A stretch of DNA of 64,000 nt from Anaeromyxobacter sp. (GTDB taxonomy: Bacteria; Myxococcota; Myxococcia; Myxococcales; Anaeromyxobacteraceae). The stretch lies in contig JASGJN010000022.1 of NCBI GenBank assembly GCA_049840735.1, forward strand, positions 864,001-928,000, read 5' to 3'. Shown here piece by piece: positions 1 to 8,631 of this stretch (position 1 is the stretch's first letter; each line of letters starts with the position of its first letter). A program made the translations under genes and the position numbers. Under the pieces are notes generated by a model, which was not told the origin of the DNA, ran no database searches, and saw nothing but the letters and a program-made list of their open reading frames with translations.

Positions 1-1
1 T

Positions 2-328
2 GACGCGGCCGAAGTGTCCAGTATCGAAGTGGCACTCGGGGCCGCAGCAGTGGAGTGTCCGGTTCATTCGGTCAAGGCGACCGTCGGGCATTGTATGGGA
101 GCCGCCGGCGCCATCGAAGCCGTCGTTGCCGTGTTGTCCCTGGAACGACAGTTGGTTCCGCACACCGCTGGGCTTACGGATTGTGAGTTCGATGGTCGCG
201 TCCGCTGCGTCCGAGGCGAGCCCCTGCACGTCGAAGCGGACTTTGCCTTGAGCACGAGCTTCGGCTTCGGCGGCAACGACGCGGCGATTCTGCTCGCGCA
301 TCCCCGCGTCTTCGAGGAAGGCACTTGA
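2..328 (+). CDS. fabF: beta-ketoacyl-ACP synthase (FabF/KS-alpha type), C-terminal part; 5' end outside window
   Basis: Frame open from position 2 (DAAEV...); motifs SVKATVGHCMGAAGAIEA and STSFGFGGND typical of KS C-terminal domain. Confidence 0.85.
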   Translation, partial: DAAEVSSIEVALGAAAVECPVHSVKATVGHCMGAAGAIEAVVAVLSLERQLVPHTAGLTDCEFDGRVRCVRGEPLHVEADFALSTSFGFGGNDAAILLAHPRVFEEGT

Positions 329-1257
329 CGATGGGTCGAAGGGAACTGGTCGATTCGACTCGGAGCACTCCGCTGCTCCATGACGTGTGGGTGACCGGAG
401 GCACCCTATTGCTCCCCGAAAGGGGTAAGGGATGCTTTTCGTCACTTTCTACCATCGATCCGAGTGCCCTTCTCGGTCCCGAGCGGACTCGTCGACTGGA
501 TCCGCTCAGCCAGTTCGCCCTGCTCGCGACGGAGCGGGCGCGCCGGACGGCGTTGCTTCCTCGTCAGAGCTCGGTCGAAATTCGTGAGCGGGAGGGCGTC
601 GTGGTCGGAACTGCCTTTGGCGCTACGGTGACCAGTGTTCGCTACGCCAAGCGTCTCGTTAAGGCCGGTCCGGCGGGCACCAACCCCATCGACTTTCCTG
701 ATTCGATCGACGGGGCTGCTGCGGCTCACGTCGCGCTCGATCTGGGGCTCCAAGGGCCGAGCCTGACATTCGTGGATGGCCGCGACAGTGCCGCGTCGGC
801 GTTGGTCGTCGGGGCTCGTCTGATTGCGACCGGGCGAGCCGAGCGCGTGCACGTCGTGGCTGGCGACGTGCTCGACGAGGTGTTTCAGCGTGCATTGACG
901 TCGGATGTCGGGATTGAGTTCGGCGACGCCGTTGCCGCTTGGGTGCTCGAGCGCGCCGAATTGCGACCTGCGGTGCAAGGAACCGTCGCAATCGACGGGC
1001 TCACCTCGGCATTCGGTGTGCGAGACGACGGATCTGGCTTGGCGAAGGAACACTCGTACTTCGGAGGCCAGGCCGATCCCGCTGGGGTCCTCGACGTAGC
1101 GGGGGCATGGCTCCAGGCTCGAGGCCCGATGGGCAGCGCCGATGACCCGTGGCAACCTGATGGGATGACTGACTTCGACGGTGCTCCTGCCGAAGCGCCG
1201 ATCCCGAACGGCACCTATCGAGCTTTGCGCTTCCGTCCCGTCGTTGCGCGAAGGTGA
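325..1257 (+). CDS. chain-length-factor-like (non-catalytic) ketosynthase
   Basis: RRLDPLSQFA, GVVVGTAFG, PIDFPDSI, LGLQGPSLT match KS N-terminal domain; active-site Cys position reads GRDS; overlaps the upstream KS stop. Confidence 0.75.
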   Translation: MTMGRRELVDSTRSTPLLHDVWVTGGTLLLPERGKGCFSSLSTIDPSALLGPERTRRLDPLSQFALLATERARRTALLPRQSSVEIREREGVVVGTAFGATVTSVRYAKRLVKAGPAGTNPIDFPDSIDGAAAAHVALDLGLQGPSLTFVDGRDSAASALVVGARLIATGRAERVHVVAGDVLDEVFQRALTSDVGIEFGDAVAAWVLERAELRPAVQGTVAIDGLTSAFGVRDDGSGLAKEHSYFGGQADPAGVLDVAGAWLQARGPMGSADDPWQPDGMTDFDGAPAEAPIPNGTYRALRFRPVVARR

Positions 1258-1265
1258 GGCGATCC

Positions 1266-2753
1266 ATGGCACGACTTCTGCTCATCGAGGCGAACGACAA
1301 TGCGCGTTGGGTTGGCGCGCGCGTCGGGCCAAAAGTGCACGTATTGCCCATTGCACTCATGGGGCTCGCCGCATTTGCAAAGCAGCTCGACCCCACACTC
1401 GAAGTCCGGCTCGTGGAGACGTCCCTCGATGCAACGGACGACGAGACACTCGCCAGGATCATTCGCGAATTCGAACCGACGTGGATCGGGATCCGCAGTA
1501 TCAGCTTGTTCGTCGACGAAGTGCGGCGCGTCGTGCGTGTGGCCAAAGCGACGTCGACAGCGGACGTGCTGCTCGGGGGGCCCATCTCGACGGCCCTCAA
1601 GGAAGGGATCTTCGAAGCCGTACCGGAGCTCGATTATGCCGCGGTGAACGAGGGCGAGCCGGTCATCGAGGCGCTGGTCCGCGGTACGCGATTGTCACTC
1701 ATTCCGGGGGTGCTCTCGCGTCACGCGCAGGGGCTCAAGGCGCACAAGTCGGCGAGCTTGCCGCGGGATCTCGACCCGTTGCCCTTGGCTGATTATTCCC
1801 TCGTCGACTTGGATCGTTACTCGCACCAGTTGAGCTACGCCTACAATCAACGTCGGCAGGGTGTTCTGGTCACGAGCCGAGGCTGCCCGTATTCCTGCAC
1901 GTACTGTTTTCAGATCTCCGAAACGCCCGTTCGGCTCCACTCCGCGGAGCGAGTGGTCAGTGATATCGAGCGCATGCACGGTGAATTCGGGATTTCCGAC
2001 TATTACGTCGTCGACGACGTGTTCAACCTCAATCGCAAGCGTGCGCTCGACGTGTTTGCTCGCCTCGAACGTGCCAAGCTCGGTGTGCGGCTCTACTTCG
2101 TCAATGGCTTGCGTGTCGACCTATGTGACGAGACCTTCGTCGAGAGCATGGTGCGCGCGGGGACCGTGTGGGTCACGTACGCGATCGAGTCTGCGTGTCC
2201 ACGGATCCAGAAGCTCATTCGCAAGCAGCTCGATTTGGACCACGCGCGACGCATCATCAACTTCAGTCAAAAACAGGGGATCGTCGTCAACGTCAACACG
2301 ATGTTTGGCTTTCCCACCGAGACGAAGGAAGAGGCGGACCAGACTCTCGACTACATCGGCAGTCTCGATCATCCGTCGCTGTTGCCCTACCATTTCAATT
2401 TGCGTGGCTACCCTGGCTGCGAAATCGTCGAACAGGCGGACGCGGCTGGATGGTCGCGCGATAGCTTCCTTGCCACGGGCTTCGGCAGCTATGGGGATTT
2501 GCCTGCCGGATCACCCACGTTCTCGCGCCGGGACATGATGGCGCACATGCTTTCATTTCATGAGCGGTTCGGTCTGGCCAATCGCAGGCACCTGGCCTAC
2601 GCCATTCGAACCCTCCAGGGAATCGGCTACTCGGAACGCGAGCTCCTCGACATGTACACCGTGCTCAACAATCGCAAGGTGCACTCGCTAAGCGACCTTA
2701 CCACGGAGCCAACGAACCAAATTCACAGGAGCGACTCCATTCGCTGGGCGTAA
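1266..2753 (+). CDS. cobalamin-binding radical SAM enzyme (class B methyltransferase-like)
   Basis: N-terminal B12-binding-like domain (PIALMGLAA...LLGGP), SRGCPYSCTYC, VDDVFN, IES, MFGFPTET. Confidence 0.88.
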   Translation: MARLLLIEANDNARWVGARVGPKVHVLPIALMGLAAFAKQLDPTLEVRLVETSLDATDDETLARIIREFEPTWIGIRSISLFVDEVRRVVRVAKATSTADVLLGGPISTALKEGIFEAVPELDYAAVNEGEPVIEALVRGTRLSLIPGVLSRHAQGLKAHKSASLPRDLDPLPLADYSLVDLDRYSHQLSYAYNQRRQGVLVTSRGCPYSCTYCFQISETPVRLHSAERVVSDIERMHGEFGISDYYVVDDVFNLNRKRALDVFARLERAKLGVRLYFVNGLRVDLCDETFVESMVRAGTVWVTYAIESACPRIQKLIRKQLDLDHARRIINFSQKQGIVVNVNTMFGFPTETKEEADQTLDYIGSLDHPSLLPYHFNLRGYPGCEIVEQADAAGWSRDSFLATGFGSYGDLPAGSPTFSRRDMMAHMLSFHERFGLANRRHLAYAIRTLQGIGYSERELLDMYTVLNNRKVHSLSDLTTEPTNQIHRSDSIRWA

Positions 2754-2760
2754 TCGGACT

Positions 2761-2896
2761 CGGCGTCGTTCGGCGTCGTTCGGCGTCGTTCGGCGTCGTT
2801 CGGCGTCGTTCGGCGTCGTTCGGCGTCGTTCGGCGTCGTTCGGCGTCGTTCGGCGTCGTTCGGCGTCGTTCGGCGTCGTTCGGCGTCGTTCGGCGT
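2761..2896. repeat. perfect 10-bp tandem repeat (CGGCGTCGTT) x13 plus partial copy
   Basis: Read directly; lies between convergent radical SAM and carrier-protein genes. Confidence 0.97.
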
Positions 2897-2963
2897 GACC
2901 GATTGGGCCTGCGCACATGGTCGACCGTGACGGCTACTCGCGTCTCTCGACTCGATTGCCGAT

Positions 2964-3224
2964 TCAGCTGCTCTTTGCTGCGGAGCTGCGCTTCGTTTGC
3001 ACGAGTTCGACGATGAGGTTCAAGGTGTCGAGTCTGCCATCGACGATATCCATCGAATCGACGTCGATATCGAACTGCTTTTCCAGGAAAAGCACCAACT
3101 TCAGGGTCGCGACGGAATCCAGCAAGCCTGAGGAAATGAGCGGTTGCTCTGGGTCGAGAGCGTCTTTCGATTCGCCGCTGAAGAATTCGTTGAGGAGGTA
3201 GGTTCGAACGAGATCGAGGGTCAT
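2964..3224 (-). CDS. acyl/peptidyl carrier protein
   Basis: 86 aa acidic protein with GLLDSV phosphopantetheine motif and LEKQFDI helix; follows adenylation gene. Confidence 0.88.
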   Translation of the reverse strand: MTLDLVRTYLLNEFFSGESKDALDPEQPLISSGLLDSVATLKLVLFLEKQFDIDVDSMDIVDGRLDTLNLIVELVQTKRSSAAKSS

Positions 3225-3247
3225 GGCAAGGATCGGACGGAGCGCGC

Positions 3248-4810
3248 TCAAGCGACGTTTCCGGCAGTCTGCCCCTGAAGAGCCAGCAAATCCAGTTTTC
3301 CCGTGAGTGTCCGCGGGAGTTCGGCCACGATTTCGACCGCATCCGGTACGAGATATGGCGGCAGACAGGTGCCCGAGTGGGCTTTCAGTATCAAGGGTGA
3401 CGCTTGGGCTCCGTCGCGCAGCGTTACTGCGGCGACGACACGTACCGTGTCGGAATGACGCTCCGCGTAGGCGACGACCTCTCGCACCGCGGCGTGACGT
3501 CGCAGCGCCGCTTCGATCTCACCGAGTTCCAAACGGTAGCCACGACGTTTGACCAGGCGATCACGTCGGCCCAGAAACCAATATCGACCCGATTCGTCTT
3601 GCTTCGCGAAGTCCCCGGTTCGGTAAAATCGTCGTAAATCGCCTGCGATTCTGCTCGGCGCGAAGGCTCGCTCACTCAATTCGGGTTTGCCGAAGTAACC
3701 CGTCATCAGCTGTGGCCCGGCGACGTAGATCTCGCCCGCTTCTCCTTGGCGCACCGGGTTGCCTTGCTCGTCACGCAGCTCGACGTCGAGGTGTTCGCAG
3801 GAAATCCCTATAGGAACTGCGGTTGCGTCCTCGGCGGGGAGCTCGGTCAGAGCGTGATACGTGCAAACGTTCGTTTCCGTGGGACCAAATAGATTGAAGA
3901 AGCGCGCGGAAGAAAGCGCTTGCATCGCTTCGCGCAGGGCGGGGATCGGAAATGGTTCGCCCGCATAGAGGACCCGTTCGAGTGGCGAGGTCGTACTCGT
4001 GCGCCATGCACCATCGGACACGAGTCGCTCGATCGTCGATGGAACCGCGTAGAGCGTCGTAATATCGCAACGCGACAGCCACGCGACCAGGTCCTTTGGG
4101 TGCAAGAGCCGCTCTTGCGACACGAGCACCATGGTGGCGCCCGCGCTCAGGGACGCGAATAGGTCGAAGATGGACAGGTCGAAGGACAGTGGGGCAAAAC
4201 TTGCCACCCTGTCGGTCGCGTCGAGTGCGAAACAGGAAACGGACCAATCCACGAACGCCGTTGCGGCACGGTGCGAGATCTCAACGCCTTTGGGGTGCCC
4301 CGTGGTGCCGGACGTATAAAGAATATAGGCCGCATCGTCGGGGGGAACCTCCGTGGTGAGCCTCATCGCGTCGTCGGATGGGGTCGACGTCGCCTCTCTT
4401 CGATGAGCGTCGGTGAACGCGTCGGACAACGAGATGACTTCAGGTACCGTTGCGCAAAGCTCGGGGGCACTCGAGCGAATGCGCGACAACAAGCTCGGTG
4501 ACACGAGCCAAGCCCGTGGCGCACAATCCTCGATGATCTGTGCAATCCGAAGCCGGGGAGCGCGCGGATCGATGGGTACGTATGCGGCGCCGAGCATCAG
4601 AATCGCAAGTATGGCGGAGATCGCGTCCGCGTCCTTGTGGACCAAGAGCGCGACGCGCGTGCGTGGCCGAACTCCGCTAGCCCAAAGCGTTCGCGCGACG
4701 AGCTTCGCCCGCATCAGGAGTTCACCGTAAGTGATTTGCGTCGCGCCATCGTCGATAGCAATCCGCGACGGCTGGCGTTCACATCCTTCGAGGAATCGAC
4801 GAAGTAACAT
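3248..4810 (-). CDS. stand-alone amino-acid adenylation enzyme (PltF/RedM/CloN4-like, predicted L-proline)
   Basis: YILYTSGTTGHPKG, FDLSIFD, NLFGPTETNVC, YRTGD, LPRTLTGKLD; ATG at 4810 overlaps upstream TAA (TAATG). Confidence 0.88.
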   Translation of the reverse strand: MLLRRFLEGCERQPSRIAIDDGATQITYGELLMRAKLVARTLWASGVRPRTRVALLVHKDADAISAILAILMLGAAYVPIDPRAPRLRIAQIIEDCAPRAWLVSPSLLSRIRSSAPELCATVPEVISLSDAFTDAHRREATSTPSDDAMRLTTEVPPDDAAYILYTSGTTGHPKGVEISHRAATAFVDWSVSCFALDATDRVASFAPLSFDLSIFDLFASLSAGATMVLVSQERLLHPKDLVAWLSRCDITTLYAVPSTIERLVSDGAWRTSTTSPLERVLYAGEPFPIPALREAMQALSSARFFNLFGPTETNVCTYHALTELPAEDATAVPIGISCEHLDVELRDEQGNPVRQGEAGEIYVAGPQLMTGYFGKPELSERAFAPSRIAGDLRRFYRTGDFAKQDESGRYWFLGRRDRLVKRRGYRLELGEIEAALRRHAAVREVVAYAERHSDTVRVVAAVTLRDGAQASPLILKAHSGTCLPPYLVPDAVEIVAELPRTLTGKLDLLALQGQTAGNVA

Positions 4811-5835
4811 TAGTGCTCCCGCTGCATCAAGGTCACTCCCCAAGAGAAGCCGCTGCCGGCCGCGAGCCACGCGCTGTGGACCGTCGAGCCACCATCCTGT
4901 CGCTGCAACCAAGCTTCGGCGTTGATGAGCAGATCGCTTGCGAATGCGTGCCCCAGGTGTTTCGGTCCGGGGCCGATGAGCCGAGTCGAATCCACACCCA
5001 TGCCTCGGGCGATGCTCGCCCGATTCGAGCTCAGTCGTGTTCGGATAAACGTAGTCGAGATCGGGGATGCTCTCGAACCTGGCCGCTTTGCACGCGCGCG
5101 AGAGCAGACGATTCAACATGACGAAGTGGATCGGTAGGATGGACTGTTCGAAGGTGCGTCCATCGAGACTCATGCCACCGTCCTCGACGACGAGCACGTC
5201 TGCGAACCTGCCGTGCTGCTGAGTCGCGATTGCGAGGATCTTTGCAAGCCGGTTGGGGTTTTCCTCGGCGCGGCCGACGATCATGGCGGACGCTGCGTCC
5301 GCCATGATCGAGACGGGCAAACACAGTCTGCCGTTGTCGGGCGCTCGATCCGACGCAACCAAGAGAACGTACGAAATATCTCGTCGTGAGCTCAGGAAAG
5401 CGTCCACGAGGAGTAAAGCGAAGTGTAAACCAGCACATCCCGAGCCACGTGTGCCGAGCGCGAGCGCCTCGGAAGCGCCGAGTCGACCTTGAAGGGCGTG
5501 TGCCAACGACCAGATCCTGGGCGAATCCGCTGAGAATGTCGAAAATCGACGATGAGTCCGAGCTGATGCGGTTCGAGCTGCGCTTGCCTGAGGGCGCGCT
5601 TCGCCGCCGATTCGGCGTGTTCCAACGAACTCAGCTCGTCCATGCGAGCGACGTCGAAGATGCCCAGGTTGTCGAGGAGCCTGGTTCGAAGTCCCGGGGA
5701 AAGCGAGTTGAGTTGCGTTTCCTTGCGTTGCCGCTCTGCGTCGAAAACCCGAGCCACCGGGATGCGACCTTCCGGGACGCTGAGACCTTCTCCAAGTAAG
5801 ACGAGGTTCGAGGGGACGGCTGGCGACACGGGCAA
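4810..5835 (-). CDS. 3-oxoacyl-ACP synthase III (FabH)-like acyltransferase, two frameshifts (~5543, ~5024)
   Basis: Joining ORFs 5392-5835, 3248-5506 (5' part) and 4810-5001 gives a KAS III-length protein with GSGCAG, MADAASAM, GHAFASD, AAGSGFSWG. Confidence 0.8.
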
Positions 5836-5983
5836 TGGCCTAGCACCCCCAAAAGCGCGGTGGCAATTTGGGGGTAGAAGCCGGCAAAAATCGCCGGAAA
5901 TCGGGCAGAGGCGGAAGGTTTTGCACGTGCGTCGAGGCAGGGGACTTGTGAATGGTATTCACCGACTCTAGGCAAAGTGCCCC

Positions 5984-6925
5984 ATGAGGATCGATCTAGC
6001 AGACAAGCGCGTGATTGTCGCGGGCGTTGCCGACGACGGAGGTTTTGGGTTCGCCATCGCCAAGGCGTTTGCAGAAGCGGGGGCGAAGGTCAATGTCGCG
6101 ACCTGGCCACCCGCGATGACCGTGTTCGAGAAGTTGTGGGAGCGAGGGAAGTTCGACGAGTCACGTCAACTCGAGCGCGGTGGCTTGCTCGAGTTCGAGA
6201 ACGTGTTTCCCTTGGACGCCACTTTCGACGAATGGAGCGACGTGCCCGAAGAGGTGCGTCAGAGCCGACGTTACGCCGGTCGAGGCGATTTTACCATCGA
6301 AGGTCTCGTCGATTCGGTGGAACGCGCTTACGGCAAGAACTCGATGGATGTGGTCGTACATTGCCTGGCGAACGGTTCCGAGGTGAATCGACCGCTCATG
6401 GACACATCGCGCAAGGGGTACCTCGGTGCGATCGGCGCGAGTGCATATTCGAACGTGTCCATGGTCAGTCGCTTTGCTCCGTTGATGCGAGCTTCGAGCA
6501 GCTTCTTGTCGCTGAGCTATCTCGCCAGTGAGCGCGTGGTGCCCCTCTATGGTGGCGGAATGTCGGCGGCCAAGGCCGCTCTCGAGTGTGATACCCGTTA
6601 CTTGGCTTTCGAGGCAGGCCGTCGTTATGGCTTCCGTGTCAACGCGATCTCTGCCGGCCCCTACGCTTCGCGTGCAGCCAGCGTCGGGGGATTGGTGCAT
6701 TCCATCGTCGAGTATTACGAGGAGAACTCGCCCCTGCCGTGTCGCGTGACGCCGACTCAAGTGGCGCATGCCGCGCTGTTTCTGTGTAGCCCTCTGGCGA
6801 CCGCGATCACCGGTACGACCCTCCACGTCGATCACGGCCTGCACGTCATGGCGAAGGGTGTAAGTTCCGCAGATCTGGCCTGGCTGGGACTCGACTCTCG
6901 CGAGACCCACGCTGCCGTAGGTTAG
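5984..6925 (+). CDS. fabI: enoyl-ACP reductase (NADH), plant/chlamydial-type FabI
   Basis: GVADDGGFGFAIAK, VHCLANG, YGGGMSAAKAALE, VNAISAGP. Confidence 0.9.
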   Translation: MRIDLADKRVIVAGVADDGGFGFAIAKAFAEAGAKVNVATWPPAMTVFEKLWERGKFDESRQLERGGLLEFENVFPLDATFDEWSDVPEEVRQSRRYAGRGDFTIEGLVDSVERAYGKNSMDVVVHCLANGSEVNRPLMDTSRKGYLGAIGASAYSNVSMVSRFAPLMRASSSFLSLSYLASERVVPLYGGGMSAAKAALECDTRYLAFEAGRRYGFRVNAISAGPYASRAASVGGLVHSIVEYYEENSPLPCRVTPTQVAHAALFLCSPLATAITGTTLHVDHGLHVMAKGVSSADLAWLGLDSRETHAAVG

Positions 6926-7192
6926 GTTACGTCGCTTGCCTCCGCGGTTCCAACGGTGTTGGCGTCGTCGTGAGGGAACTGTCGGACCCGAAGTTGATGA
7001 CGGCTGGGCCGTCGCTGTAGCGCGGTAGCACTTGGTCGCTCACCTCGTGAAAATCGGGCATCTGGAGAGAGTGCTTCCTTTCGTTTCGTAAACACGGTTC
7101 TGTTTGTTGCGGAATTGTGTCCGAAATATGTCGTTTTTCACGGTACAACTTTGTGCTTGCGCAATGACGGCTATCACCAAATCATTGTGCTC

Positions 7193-7957
7193 ATGCCGTC
7201 GCTGCCCGAGCGTAAATCCCAAGTAAGTGCGTCTTCCCCTGGTTTTCGCGCCACTTTGAGTGGGATGGGGGTTGCCGATCTGGTGCAGATGAATTGTCTG
7301 TCCGGGCAGACCTGCAGCGTGAAGGTGACTTCGGAGACGCGGGTTGGCTGGCTCCATTTTGCCCAAGGAAATATCGTTCACGCTTCGACCGGTGCGTGGG
7401 TTGGGGACAAAGCCGTGCTCGAGATCCTTTCGTGGCAGGAGGGCAGTTTCGAGCCCGTCGGCGGGATCTCACCGGAGCGTCGTACGGTCGAAACCGGCTG
7501 GCAGAATCTACTGCTGCTCGCGGCTCAACAGCGGGACGAGGGAAGCCGAGCGACGGTGCTGCCTTTGGAGCGTGCTCACGCGCCGGTCTCGGCGCGGGTT
7601 CCTCGGGGTCTGTCTGGGGGCTCGTCGAGTGGTGTGCGACTGCCCGAAGTGCCGCAAACGCCGCCGCCCGAATCGACGCCGCGAGACCTGGACGTGGCTT
7701 TTGCGCGCATCGACGATTCCGGCAACATCTTGTTTCAACGCGGTGACGTCGAGGACCTCATCGCGCAGGGGGCTTACGCCGCTGAACTCGCTCAAATGAT
7801 TGCCGAGCAGCTCGGACTCGAGCGAGCCACCTCGGTCGAGATGCGCGATTCCCGATTGCGCACCTGGGTCAACGTTGGCGAGCGTGGGGAGCTCGAAATC
7901 ATCCGCGGCAGCGACGAGGCTGCCATGAACGAAATCAAACGACACGTATTTCGGTAG
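7193..7957 (+). CDS. DUF4388 domain protein with C-terminal roadblock-like region
   Basis: FRATLSGMGVADLVQM...GWLHFAQGNIVHA...LSWQEGSF...LLLLAAQQRDE. Confidence 0.75.
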   Translation: MPSLPERKSQVSASSPGFRATLSGMGVADLVQMNCLSGQTCSVKVTSETRVGWLHFAQGNIVHASTGAWVGDKAVLEILSWQEGSFEPVGGISPERRTVETGWQNLLLLAAQQRDEGSRATVLPLERAHAPVSARVPRGLSGGSSSGVRLPEVPQTPPPESTPRDLDVAFARIDDSGNILFQRGDVEDLIAQGAYAAELAQMIAEQLGLERATSVEMRDSRLRTWVNVGERGELEIIRGSDEAAMNEIKRHVFR

Positions 7958-7966
7958 GAGTCCAAG

Positions 7967-8452
7967 ATGTTCGACGCAACGGTCGCCCAGCTCCGCGCAT
8001 TGCGCGACGTCAAAGGGGTCATTGGTTCATTTCTCGTCGATGCGAAGGGGGCGCTCTGCGAGTCCGACATGCCGGCGGCCCTGGGTCAGCGAGAGCTCGC
8101 CGAGGTGAGTTCTCGGGTCACTCGGCTCGTCGAGGCGCTCTCGACCGACGGTACGCCGGATAGCTGCAGCATACGGTGTGTCGAGCACCGCCTCACCGTT
8201 CGTTCATTTGCGCCTCAAGGATACCTGTGCGTTCTTTCGGACGAACACGTCAACTGGCCCGCCTTGCGCATGGCCACCACGCTTTCGATCCGTAAATTGA
8301 GCACGCTTCCGATGTCACCTTGGGTCGACACGACGCAGCAGGATCGCAGTCGCTCGACGGAGCCCGCGATCGCGCCTTCCGAGTCCGTCAAGCCTCCGCC
8401 ACCGACAACGGTACGTCCCGGATTGGTTTATCGCGGTCAGCGCATCAGCTGA
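7967..8452 (+). CDS. roadblock/LC7 (MglB-like) protein
   Basis: LRDVKGVIGSFLVDAKGAL...YLCVLSDEHVNWPALRMA; GGAG RBS; C-terminal YRG motif. Confidence 0.72.
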   Translation: MFDATVAQLRALRDVKGVIGSFLVDAKGALCESDMPAALGQRELAEVSSRVTRLVEALSTDGTPDSCSIRCVEHRLTVRSFAPQGYLCVLSDEHVNWPALRMATTLSIRKLSTLPMSPWVDTTQQDRSRSTEPAIAPSESVKPPPPTTVRPGLVYRGQRIS

Positions 8453-8631
8453 GCCGTCGTCGCGGATGGTGTGGCGGATGCGAGCATTCAGGTCACGCCG
8501 CTCGGTCTATCGCGGTCAGCGTTGCTGCTGAGCACGGTTCGAGAGTGGCGGGGACGAAAGCTGTCCCCGCGCTGCTCTCGTTCGATGACCGATGCTTCCC
8601 CGAGCGATCGAACACGCGAACACCGCATGCT

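Noticed and set aside
2..2753. Ladderane or aryl polyene cluster assignment
   Set aside because: KS/CLF plus radical SAM is compatible, but diagnostic partner genes are not visible and the amino-acid adenylation cassette does not fit; cannot be fully excluded since the cluster is truncated
2688..3342. Repeat-derived ORFs (RRRTTPNDAE)n and similar ORFs over the other arrays
   Set aside because: Periods are not multiples of 3, all frames give the same peptide, and they overlap real genes
3248..5506. 752-aa KAS III-adenylation fusion protein
   Set aside because: Produced by a frameshift at ~5024; the true KAS III C-terminus is in another frame and ends in a TAATG stop/start overlap with the A-domain gene
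6927..7148. Small minus-strand ORF between fabI and the DUF4388 gene
   Set aside because: No RBS, motif or compositional support
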